Shown here: in pieces, positions 16,276 through 24,430 of the stretch
How the letters are laid out: every line of letters starts with the position of its first letter
Numbering within the stretch: the first letter of the stretch is position 1
Virus record (IMG/VR): IMGVR_UViG_3300046062_000024
From: a virus
Direction: 5' to 3' (one strand)
DNA length: 64,000 nucleotides
Position numbers and translations under genes: made by a program
The notes under the pieces: model-generated
Databases searched by the model: none
The model's input: only the letters and a program-made list of their open reading frames with translations
Told to the model about the DNA's origin: nothing

Positions 16276-17157
16276 ATGGCCGTCGAGGACTCCGACGACA
16301 TCAACCGATTCGCACAAGCCGTGAGCGGGCGCGAAGTCACGAACGACGACACGCTCGACTCCTACATACGCTGGATTCAGCGGTATGAGGAGTGGCTCAC
16401 CGCCGAGTCCCCCACGGAAACCACCGTCAGAGAGTTCGACCGATACCTCGCAAGCAACGACGAGTTCCTCTGGAACATGGGGCATCCCCTGCGGAACGAC
16501 GAGGACCGCCCCGGCTACGCATACCGAACCCGGGTCAAGGCGCTATCAGCCGTCAAGCTCTGGATGCGGTTTCACTACAACGTCGAGATACCGACAGAGG
16601 TCCAGAACATGGCACTCGGCGAGGCGCCGGACTACGACCCCGACTGGCTCTCGGAGAGCGACTGTGAACGAATCATCACCACCGCCACCGACGCCTGCGA
16701 CAACGAGGAGTGCCGGGCGCTCCTCCGGCTGTCCTACGACGCCATCCTCCGAGCCGCCGAAGCCGCGAGCATCGAACGAGACGACATCTCGCTGGACCGC
16801 GGGACGATATACGTCAGAGCCAAGAAGGGGTCGATGAACGCCGAGATTGGCCTCGACGACACCACCGTCTCCCGGCTCCGAGAACACACCGCCGCCTTCC
16901 CGGGACGTGACCGGCTGTTCCGAAACGCATACGGCCGGGCCTGGAAACCGAACGCGCTCGCCCAGCACTTCCGACGATGCCACCACGAGGTCGGCATCCA
17001 CAGTTTCTCCCGACACAGCCCCATCATCCACCGGCTCAACGCCGGCGAACCCTTCGGCACAGTCATGCGGCGGGCGAGGCACTCGAACAGCACGACGACG
17101 ATGCGGTATGCCCGCCTCGTCGGGGCGGAGATACCGCCGTGGGTCGAGGACGGGTGA
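16276..17157 (+). CDS. Tyrosine recombinase/integrase (XerC-like, 293 aa)
   Basis: Catalytic set R (ILRAAEA), K (AKKG), H-x-x-x-R (IHSFSRH), H and Y (RHSNSTTTMRY); N-terminal core-binding-like domain. Confidence 0.9.
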   Translation: MAVEDSDDINRFAQAVSGREVTNDDTLDSYIRWIQRYEEWLTAESPTETTVREFDRYLASNDEFLWNMGHPLRNDEDRPGYAYRTRVKALSAVKLWMRFHYNVEIPTEVQNMALGEAPDYDPDWLSESDCERIITTATDACDNEECRALLRLSYDAILRAAEAASIERDDISLDRGTIYVRAKKGSMNAEIGLDDTTVSRLREHTAAFPGRDRLFRNAYGRAWKPNALAQHFRRCHHEVGIHSFSRHSPIIHRLNAGEPFGTVMRRARHSNSTTTMRYARLVGAEIPPWVEDG

Positions 17158-17373
17158 CTACTTGAACTCCTCCTCGACCAGCCGTTCGAGTTCGGCGCGG
17201 GACTCCTCGCCGTAGAGCGCGCGCTGCATCACGAGGACGCGACACGCCGGCGCCTTCGGTCCGCGGATACCGGCACAGAGGTCGTCCGATACGTCCATCG
17301 CCACCCTGACCGCGTCCGGGTGCGGTGGGCGTGGTGGCGTGAGGTCGTCGAGCATGGGAGTGGGGTCGGTCAC
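17158..17373 (-). CDS. Hypothetical protein (71 aa)
   Basis: ORF track; ATGA-type overlap with the upstream gene. Confidence 0.55.
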   Translation of the reverse strand: MTDPTPMLDDLTPPRPPHPDAVRVAMDVSDDLCAGIRGPKAPACRVLVMQRALYGEESRAELERLVEEEFK

Positions 17374-17864
17374 ATCATCATGGAGGGGTCGTCGATGACC
17401 TCGAAGTCGTCCATGACCTCCGCGAGTTCAGCGGGGTCTGCGCCCGTGTCGGCTTCGCGTTTGAGCGTGGCGAGTTCTCGGACGCCCTGTACTTGCTCCT
17501 CGATGGGTCGGGAGCGGAGCGCGTCGAGTATCTGGAGGCACAGTTCGCACGTTTCGTCGTCCATCGCCGCCTTCACCCGGTCGATGTATTCGTCGCCGAG
17601 TTCCGCGGCGGCTTCGAGGTCCGACAACCCCTCCGTGGTCAGTATATCTGGATTGGTCGCGGCATGTCGCGGTTGGTCACTCCCATCGGGCTCGGCGTCC
17701 TCGGCGGACTCGGCGTTCTCGGGGAGCGGTTCGCCGCTGTCGTCGTCGAACGCCGGGACCGGGACGGGCACGCCGAACGGGCCGAACGCCTCGGTCGTCA
17801 CGCCGGGCGGGGTTGGGAACGGGTCGGGCGCGTCGGAGTCATCGTCGTTCTCGTTCGAGGCCAT
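17370..17864 (-). CDS. Acidic, Pro-rich hypothetical protein (164 aa)
   Basis: ORF track; halophile composition. Confidence 0.7.
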   Translation of the reverse strand: MASNENDDDSDAPDPFPTPPGVTTEAFGPFGVPVPVPAFDDDSGEPLPENAESAEDAEPDGSDQPRHAATNPDILTTEGLSDLEAAAELGDEYIDRVKAAMDDETCELCLQILDALRSRPIEEQVQGVRELATLKREADTGADPAELAEVMDDFEVIDDPSMMM

Positions 17865-17955
17865 ACGCTACAGACGGGTTGAGGCTCCACGCTATTGGTA
17901 CTTGAGGTTGGTCGGGAGAAGTGGAGGGCGGCGTGGCCGGCCGGTGGGTCCCGTG

Positions 17956-18147
17956 TCAGAAGCGGTCGAGGGGGCTGTCGCCATCCATCACGTCCGGCGG
18001 GTCGGGGGCGCCTTTCGGCTTGACGAGCGGGAGGCCGAGCGGGCCGTCGACGACTTCCGGCTCGATGTCCTCCAGCACGCCGATGTCGTCCCCGAAGTCG
18101 CCGAGTTGACCGAAGTCGGGCTTGGGTACGTCAGGCATCTGTATCAT
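17956..18147 (-). CDS. Small Pro/Asp-rich protein (63 aa)
   Basis: ORF track. Confidence 0.5.
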   Translation of the reverse strand: MIQMPDVPKPDFGQLGDFGDDIGVLEDIEPEVVDGPLGLPLVKPKGAPDPPDVMDGDSPLDRF

Positions 18148-19114
18148 CCAGTCCGTGCCGGAGGAATATAGTGTTGGGGGTCATTGCCCACTGGACTTTC
18201 GGCTGTGTGAGCTTCGGATGGTACTCGTAGGTGTACCTCGTCCTCGTGACGTTATCGTACCCGGCGTTCATCGGCGTCGTGTAGTCGTTCCCCCATTTTT
18301 CAAGTTCGTTTCCGACCCTATCGAGGTGGCCGAACCCGAGGCAGTGGCCGATTTCGTGAAGCAAGGTGACGAGGCCGGCGGTGGGGCCATCGAAATCCCC
18401 GTCGCCGCCGACGTTCTTTATCCTGTCCGTGGGGTCGCGGCCCCAGTCCTTGAAGAACCCTGGCTGTATCCAGCCGCCGTACCCGACGCCCTCGCCGTAC
18501 ACGGAGCCGAACCGTTTGAGCGCCATGTTCGCGTCCTTCGCCATCACGTCGTTCGCCCAGTACCAGGAGCCGTACTCGTCGAAGTCCATGCCCTCCGGGA
18601 TGGGGTCCGGGTGGACCGCCACGTCCACATCGTAGCCCTCCGAGGCGAACGCATCCAGCAAGCAGTACCGCACGTACTTTGTGGACTGATGACACGCCGT
18701 CTCGGCCCACGGTTTCTCCGCCGGCCAATACAGCCGGACCTCGATGGTCGCGTCGGGGGCCTCCGGCGGCTCCGGCCACGGGCACGCATCGTTCCCGACG
18801 AACGGCGGCCACGTCACGTCTATCTCGTCGTCATCCCCGCCGTCCGAGGGGTCGTCCGACGGTGGTTCCTCGGGCGGCGGTTCCTCCGGCGGCGGTTCCT
18901 CGGGCTCCGATGGCGGCTCCTCCGGCTCCGGCTCCGATGGAGCGTCGTCGGGCGGGGCGTCGTCGGACGGCGGCTCCTCCTCGGGGTCGTCCGGCGGTGG
19001 CTCGCCGTCCGGCGGGGCGTCCGGGTCGTCGGGACTCGGCGACGAGCCCCCGCCGCCGCCTCTCGACAATAGCGACCGGAGCGTGGCGATAACGCGGCGC
19101 AGCCAGACCTTCAT
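18131..19114 (-). CDS. Zinc metalloprotease (metzincin-like) with a Pro/Glu/Asp-rich stalk
   Basis: LLHEIGHCLGFGH = HExxHxxGxxH; downstream TPM Met-turn; basic/hydrophobic N-terminus then EEPPP repeats. Confidence 0.8.
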   Translation of the reverse strand: MKVWLRRVIATLRSLLSRGGGGGSSPSPDDPDAPPDGEPPPDDPEEEPPSDDAPPDDAPSEPEPEEPPSEPEEPPPEEPPPEEPPSDDPSDGGDDDEIDVTWPPFVGNDACPWPEPPEAPDATIEVRLYWPAEKPWAETACHQSTKYVRYCLLDAFASEGYDVDVAVHPDPIPEGMDFDEYGSWYWANDVMAKDANMALKRFGSVYGEGVGYGGWIQPGFFKDWGRDPTDRIKNVGGDGDFDGPTAGLVTLLHEIGHCLGFGHLDRVGNELEKWGNDYTTPMNAGYDNVTRTRYTYEYHPKLTQPKVQWAMTPNTIFLRHGLDDTDA

Positions 19115-19497
19115 GGAAGCTCCCCGACACCGGGCTCGCGGAGTAGCTCCGCGAGCGGCTCGATGTCCTCACCGAACCGCTGGACGGCCACGTGCGGCGG
19201 CGGGAACAGCGTGTCGATGGATTCCTGTTGTGCCTCGATGTAGAACGTGATTGCTCGCGCGAGCGTCTCCGCGGAGACGCTGGCGAGGTCCGCCTGCGTC
19301 GACATGTTCTTCAACACGGACCCGACGAGACTCGTCCCCGCCCCGGGGGCTTCTTCCAACCCGGAGCCCAACGCCGAACCCATCGTGGCGACGTTCTGAA
19401 TCGGGTCCATTGCATCCGCGATGGCCTGGGCCTCCTCCGGTGTGATGGGGAACTCCTGTTGGAAGTCCTCCGCCGACGGCTCGCCCGACGCGCTCAT
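19111..19497 (-). CDS. Hypothetical protein (128 aa)
   Basis: ORF track; overlaps the next start. Confidence 0.7.
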   Translation of the reverse strand: MSASGEPSAEDFQQEFPITPEEAQAIADAMDPIQNVATMGSALGSGLEEAPGAGTSLVGSVLKNMSTQADLASVSAETLARAITFYIEAQQESIDTLFPPPHVAVQRFGEDIEPLAELLREPGVGELP

Positions 19498-19500
19498 CGG

Positions 19501-19839
19501 TTATCGGCCCCCGCGTTCTTCGAGGTACTTGAGCGTGTTCTGTGAGAGGACGATGTCGCCAGCAGTGTCCAGCGGCGGCGGGAGGTCACTGATGACGTTT
19601 TCGAGAAACGCCGGCCGAGTGGGGTACTCCTGGCCGCGCTGTGTCGCTATCTCGCGTCGGTGGAGCGCAAGGATGTCGCCGACGAACGGCGCCGCATCCA
19701 CCGCGTCCGCCGCGAGGGCCTCGTGGAGCGCCTCCTGCTCGGGCTCGGTGAGGACACGGGAGAGTCCGTCGTGGTTGATTTTCTCCTCCAGGTCCGGCCT
19801 CGCCTCGACCAGTTTGTCGATAGGGCTCTTGTCCGCCAT
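19501..19839 (-). CDS. Hypothetical protein (112 aa)
   Basis: ORF track. Confidence 0.7.
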   Translation of the reverse strand: MADKSPIDKLVEARPDLEEKINHDGLSRVLTEPEQEALHEALAADAVDAAPFVGDILALHRREIATQRGQEYPTRPAFLENVISDLPPPLDTAGDIVLSQNTLKYLEERGGR

Positions 19840-19921
19840 TGGGTGTCGCTACTCCCTATGACCAGTTAAACTCCAGGGGCGGCTTCGGCTACGGACTGAA
19901 CACGGACTCCCTGATTGGCAG

Positions 19922-20728
19922 CTACTCCCCCTCGGGGATTGGGTTAGCCTCGTTCTTGCACATCGGTTTGTTGAATCCGCGAATACGCCGGCAGAGGTCA
20001 TGCTCGACCCCACAATACCCGTCCCCCCTGTTGTGGGTCGCGCGATGCTCGACAAATTCCATCAGAACATCCGCCTGTTTTCGTTTGAGGGTCAAATACG
20101 GACGCACCCGTTTAAGCACCGCGTGCATCATCGGCATCGAGGTCAAATCCAGACGGTAGAGGTCTCGCTTCCTGTCGGAGTGAGGCTCTTTCGCCCCCTT
20201 CGTCGTCTTTATCCGAGCAGAATCCAGCATTCCACGGACATCTTGCACAAATTCCTCCTCCACGCTGTGCAAAATAATCACGTTTGGTGCATAACGGTAA
20301 TTACCGTCCCCCTGCGACCATCGGCCAATTGTAACCGTCCCCTCCCCGTCGATAAGACCAGCGATATAGCCTGCCTCGGCGTCGGTTAACTCGACCTCCC
20401 ACTCCTCGATTGCATCCTGTAACGGCATCCCCATCGACATCACGGGGAAACATACGTCCATCTTCGCTATCTTATTATGGACGGAACTATATGTCCTCCC
20501 GAGTTCTTCGGCGAGTTCCTCGGTATTCATCCCGCCGATGTTATCGCGTATGAACTGTTCCTCCCCCTCTCCCCACCCGTAGTGCGGTCGGTCCTCCGAC
20601 AACCCCATCGAATCGGCCTTCCCGTAAACGCTTGGTTTCGACCGACCCAACTCGTCCGCTATATCACCCGCCGACTGGTCGTGGTAGTGCTGTTCGAGAT
20701 GCTCCTCCTCCTCTTTGGTCCACTCCAT
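19922..20728 (-). CDS. Free-standing LAGLIDADG homing endonuclease with two N-terminal HTH-like repeats
   Basis: YIAGLIDGEGTV motif; WTKEEEEHL..DIADELGRS and WGEGEEQFI..ELAEELGRT repeats; GTTAAG box at 20753-20758. Confidence 0.8.
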   Translation of the reverse strand: MEWTKEEEEHLEQHYHDQSAGDIADELGRSKPSVYGKADSMGLSEDRPHYGWGEGEEQFIRDNIGGMNTEELAEELGRTYSSVHNKIAKMDVCFPVMSMGMPLQDAIEEWEVELTDAEAGYIAGLIDGEGTVTIGRWSQGDGNYRYAPNVIILHSVEEEFVQDVRGMLDSARIKTTKGAKEPHSDRKRDLYRLDLTSMPMMHAVLKRVRPYLTLKRKQADVLMEFVEHRATHNRGDGYCGVEHDLCRRIRGFNKPMCKNEANPIPEGE

Positions 20729-20768
20729 GAAAAGACCATTGCCGTTGGGTTACTTAACCGTTCGGGAG

Positions 20769-22346
20769 TCAGGGACTAAAGACGCTTTCTCTCAGCGGCC
20801 CGAAACCGGACGCCACGTTCTTACCCTTGACCTCCTCATTCGCCCCCGGCGCAGCGCGCGGATGGTAGCCGGGTTCGCTGTTCCGCTTCGCCACGCGCTT
20901 GAGTTCCTTCGCGGTCTCGATGATGCCCGCGTCGTACAGCCGCGCGACAAGTCCTGCAACGGCGGGGGTGGCCATGCTCGTTCCCTTCATGGAAGCCCGG
21001 GCATCTTTCAGCCCGTCGTACAGCCCCTCGGCCCACCCCGTGGACATTTGGTGGAGTAGCTCACCCTCGTCGTCGCTGTCGGCCTTCGTCTGGCGCCCCC
21101 CTCCGGGGGCTGCAACGTCCGGGGCGATGAACTCCGTCGTGTTGTACCTGTTCGCGTCATCCTCGAACCTCCCCCGGTTCTTCTCGTACCAGTCGCCCTG
21201 CGGGCCGCGAGAGGAGAAATACGCCGGTGCCCCGTCCTTCAGCGACCACGAACCGACGGTGATGGCCTTCTCCGAGACGCCGGGCGAGCCGATGGTCCAC
21301 TTGTCGGGGCCGGCGTTACCGGCTGCGACGACGAAGATTGCGCCGGCGTCGTCGCCGGCGTTCTCTTTACATCGGCGGCGGATGAACTTCGCGTAGGGGT
21401 CCTCGTCCAGCGGTCCCTGTTGGTCGCCGCCGAGCGACATGGAAATCACGTCGGCGCCCCAGTCGAGTGCGCCCTCCATCGCGGCGAGTATCCACGACGT
21501 TTTCCCGAACCCGGGGAACGTGTTCAACGCCTTGAAGTGACCGAACGGCGAGCCGTCCGCGACACCGCGAACCGTCCCCCACGCACTGGACGCCGGCGCC
21601 CCCACGGCGGTGTACGTTGTGTGCGTACCGTGGGCCATGAAATCGCTGGGGCCTTCACCGGGGACGTAGCTCTCCAGCCGCGGCGTCCGACCGCCCGCAG
21701 CGGGGGGGACCACGGTGAAGCCAGTGTCAACGACCCCGACCTTGGCACTCGACCCGTCGTGGGCGTCCAGCATGTGACTATCCCGAATCCAGTCATACGA
21801 CTCCTGTGTCGGGACGTGTTTTTCGCCGGTGAGCCCGAGGCCGAAGGCGTCGTCGAGCGCGGTGGCCATCGTCTTCATCGGGTCGCCGGGCGGGAGTTGT
21901 GCCGGCGTGACCTGGGGTATCTCGACGCGAGAGACGCCGACCTCGCCGACGTACTTGTCCTCGACGCCGCCGATGTTGAACGCCGCCGTCGACAGCGCCG
22001 AGGCGACGGGGTCGGTCGATGGACGCATGAACGGTAGCTGTGGGAGTGAGGCGTCGGATTGTTTGACGCCGACGAGTTGGTCCTGGTGTACCTGGACGAC
22101 GCCGTCGAGGCGGGCGACGGTGGGGAGTGCCTCGCTGGGCATCGTGGTGGCGACGAACTCGCTGGAGACGACGCCCTGCGTCGCCAACTCGACGTTCGGG
22201 ACGTTCTGTAGTGCCTGAGAAACGGCTTCCGCTTCGCCGAACTCCGTCTCGACAAGCACGTCGAGTGGGGACGCCCCCTGGTCTTCCAGCCGGCGGGCGA
22301 ACTCGGTGTTGAGGACCTCCTTTGTCTCGTCGTCGAGCGTAACCAT
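20769..22346 (-). CDS. Subtilisin-like S8 serine protease with N-terminal propeptide (525 aa)
   Basis: VGVVDTG, AHGTH, AAGN, KGTSMATPAVAG. Confidence 0.92.
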   Translation of the reverse strand: MVTLDDETKEVLNTEFARRLEDQGASPLDVLVETEFGEAEAVSQALQNVPNVELATQGVVSSEFVATTMPSEALPTVARLDGVVQVHQDQLVGVKQSDASLPQLPFMRPSTDPVASALSTAAFNIGGVEDKYVGEVGVSRVEIPQVTPAQLPPGDPMKTMATALDDAFGLGLTGEKHVPTQESYDWIRDSHMLDAHDGSSAKVGVVDTGFTVVPPAAGGRTPRLESYVPGEGPSDFMAHGTHTTYTAVGAPASSAWGTVRGVADGSPFGHFKALNTFPGFGKTSWILAAMEGALDWGADVISMSLGGDQQGPLDEDPYAKFIRRRCKENAGDDAGAIFVVAAGNAGPDKWTIGSPGVSEKAITVGSWSLKDGAPAYFSSRGPQGDWYEKNRGRFEDDANRYNTTEFIAPDVAAPGGGRQTKADSDDEGELLHQMSTGWAEGLYDGLKDARASMKGTSMATPAVAGLVARLYDAGIIETAKELKRVAKRNSEPGYHPRAAPGANEEVKGKNVASGFGPLRESVFSP

Positions 22347-22444
22347 GCACGTCCGTTGCGCGCGGCGTCACTAAAAGCCCGGGTCACGGCCGTTTGTCGG
22401 CCGGCAGCCCCCAATCCTTTGTCGCTGGCTGTAGAACTCCGGGT

Positions 22445-22975
22445 ATGCACGCAGGGAGACGTGACGTGGAACCGCGCGTCCCGGACGCCGCCCCGCGTGG
22501 GGTTGGTGGCGTGTTCCCCGCGCTCACGGAGACGCTCGGGAACCCCGCGACCGCCGCGATTGGCCCGGACGAACCATCACTCGCATCACTATCGACCGCT
22601 CCGGCCGTTCCGCCGGCGACGGTCGCCAGTTACGCCGTCGAAGGCGACCAGGGCGTCTCACGGTTGGAAGAAATCATCAGGAACCGCGCGAACCGTCTCG
22701 AAACGGGGAAGTTCTCGAAGTACGACGCCTACTACCTCCCGCAGACTCTCGCTCCGCCCGGAGTTTGGGAGTACAAATGCCGGACCTGCCGGTTCTACAA
22801 CGCCCGCGAGAAGGTCAACTCCCGGGGCGGGAAGTGCAACGTCGTCGGTCAGAGCGGCGACCCCTTCGGCGGCGAGAACGTCCACCCCGAGGCGTGGTGT
22901 GCGTACTGGCTGCCGCAGCAGGGCCGGTCGTGGTTCGAGTGGGCAGCGGATAGACTGGAGGGTGGGGATGACTGA
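22445..22975 (+). CDS. Protein with a C-terminal HiPIP-like four-Cys motif
   Basis: CRTCRFY..GKCNVV..VHPEAWCAYW matches C-x2-C-xn-C-xn-WC of high-potential iron-sulfur proteins. Confidence 0.6.
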   Translation: MHAGRRDVEPRVPDAAPRGVGGVFPALTETLGNPATAAIGPDEPSLASLSTAPAVPPATVASYAVEGDQGVSRLEEIIRNRANRLETGKFSKYDAYYLPQTLAPPGVWEYKCRTCRFYNAREKVNSRGGKCNVVGQSGDPFGGENVHPEAWCAYWLPQQGRSWFEWAADRLEGGDD

Positions 22976-23322
22976 CGACGACCGGCTGGTTGTCGATGAA
23001 ACGTACACCGACAAGGGGATACCGCACAAGTACGCGGGAAAACGCGGGTCGACACATGACGGTAAGGACGGCCGTATCTACACTTTCGAGTTCGCAGACC
23101 ACCCCGAGTCGAGCGACGGCCCCGGGGAGTTCGGCGAACTCGCTCGGAACATCGTCATCCGGCGGTTGCCCGTCGCACACATCGACACACACATCGGGGG
23201 CGTGACGGACTTGGGGGAGACCGACAGCGAGACGGGGCGGCACCTGTATCGGGTCGGCATCTTCGTCCACGAGGGCGCATTTCAATGACGTGGTTCGAGT
23301 GGGCAGCGGATAGACTGGAGGG
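22929..23322 (+). repeat. 34-bp direct repeat at 22929-22962 and 23289-23322 (360-bp period)
   Basis: CGTGGTTCGAGTGGGCAGCGGATAGACTGGAGGG identical in both copies. Confidence 0.9.
22968..23288 (+). CDS. Hypothetical protein, paralog 1 (106 aa)
   Basis: Shares DGRIYTFEF.DHPE...GPGE.GELARN with 23328..23651. Confidence 0.8.
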   Translation: MTDDDRLVVDETYTDKGIPHKYAGKRGSTHDGKDGRIYTFEFADHPESSDGPGEFGELARNIVIRRLPVAHIDTHIGGVTDLGETDSETGRHLYRVGIFVHEGAFQ

Positions 23323-23327
23323 CAGGG

Positions 23328-23651
23328 ATGGATAAAATCGACCGGCTGAATGTCGGACAGTGGTACAACGCAAAGCAGATACCCCACGAGCTAACGGGAA
23401 AGCGGGAGGCGACCCACAACGGCGCCGACGGCCGCATCTACACGTTCGAGTTCGAGGACCACCCCGAGTTGTACTCCGGGCCGGGGGAGAGCGGCGAACT
23501 GGCCCGCAACGTCATCACCCGCAACCTGCCAGTCTCGTCTTTCGACACGCTTGTCGTCGGCGTGACGGACATGGGAGAAGTCGAGGCCTTCCCGGAACAC
23601 CACCAGTACGAGGCCGAAATCTTCGTCCACGGGGACGCGCTTCAGAGGTAA
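23328..23651 (+). CDS. Hypothetical protein, paralog 2 (107 aa)
   Basis: Paralog of 22968..23288. Confidence 0.8.
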   Translation: MDKIDRLNVGQWYNAKQIPHELTGKREATHNGADGRIYTFEFEDHPELYSGPGESGELARNVITRNLPVSSFDTLVVGVTDMGEVEAFPEHHQYEAEIFVHGDALQR

Positions 23652-24430
23652 TACGGAACAAGCCACTCGGGGCGCAGCGGCGTCCGGTTCGCCACATCCC
23701 CCAACCGAGTATGGAGGCGTAAGATACGGCGGAGCCGTCGCGTTGCCGGCGACGCGCCCCACAACGCCTCCGCCTCGTCCATCATCTCCTCCCGCCGGAA
23801 CGCGAGGTCCTGGCGGGTGGTGTATCCCTCCGTGAACAGTGTGGAGATGCCGGCGTCCTCGTCGTCCGGCTGGTCGAGATAGTCGTCCAACAGTTGCATC
23901 ACGGCGCCGAACTCCAGCATAAACTCCACCTCGTCGTAGGTCGGTTCCGCTTTGAGCGCGTGGAGGTGTGTCCGCGCCGACCAGCCGCCTTTCATCTCTG
24001 TCACGAGCATCAAGTCGGTCGCGGAGGGGTCCTCGAACTGTGAGAGGCTCTCGTCCTGCCATTGGGCGATTTTCTCCATCCCGTCGTCGAACTCCGGGCT
24101 TCTTGCCACGTCTGAGGCGGTTTCGACGAGTTCGAGTTCGGGGTACTCGGTGCCGCCGTGGAGGGCGCGGCGGGTGACGCCGCCGCCGATGCGTTCGTTC
24201 CGGTAATCGGTCACGCAGTCCATCGCGGCAATGGCGGCGGCGTACAGCGAGCCCTCGAAGTGCCGCGGCTCGCCGACCGCCATCCACGACAGGTACGTCG
24301 TGACGACGTTGACGTGCCGGACCATCTTCAGCGAGCCCTCGCGTTCGGGCTCGGGGATGTGGCGTTCGATGAGTGCCGGGGCGAACCCGAAGTCGTGGCC
24401 GAGTTGGCGGCGTTCGTGCGACAGCATCAC
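23642..24430 (-). CDS. Class I isoprenoid synthase / terpene-cyclase-like protein (262 aa)
   Basis: MDCVTD (degenerate first motif), EMKGG, QLLDDYLDQPDD second Asp-rich motif. Confidence 0.6.
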   Translation of the reverse strand: MMLSHERRQLGHDFGFAPALIERHIPEPEREGSLKMVRHVNVVTTYLSWMAVGEPRHFEGSLYAAAIAAMDCVTDYRNERIGGGVTRRALHGGTEYPELELVETASDVARSPEFDDGMEKIAQWQDESLSQFEDPSATDLMLVTEMKGGWSARTHLHALKAEPTYDEVEFMLEFGAVMQLLDDYLDQPDDEDAGISTLFTEGYTTRQDLAFRREEMMDEAEALWGASPATRRLRRILRLHTRLGDVANRTPLRPEWLVPYYL

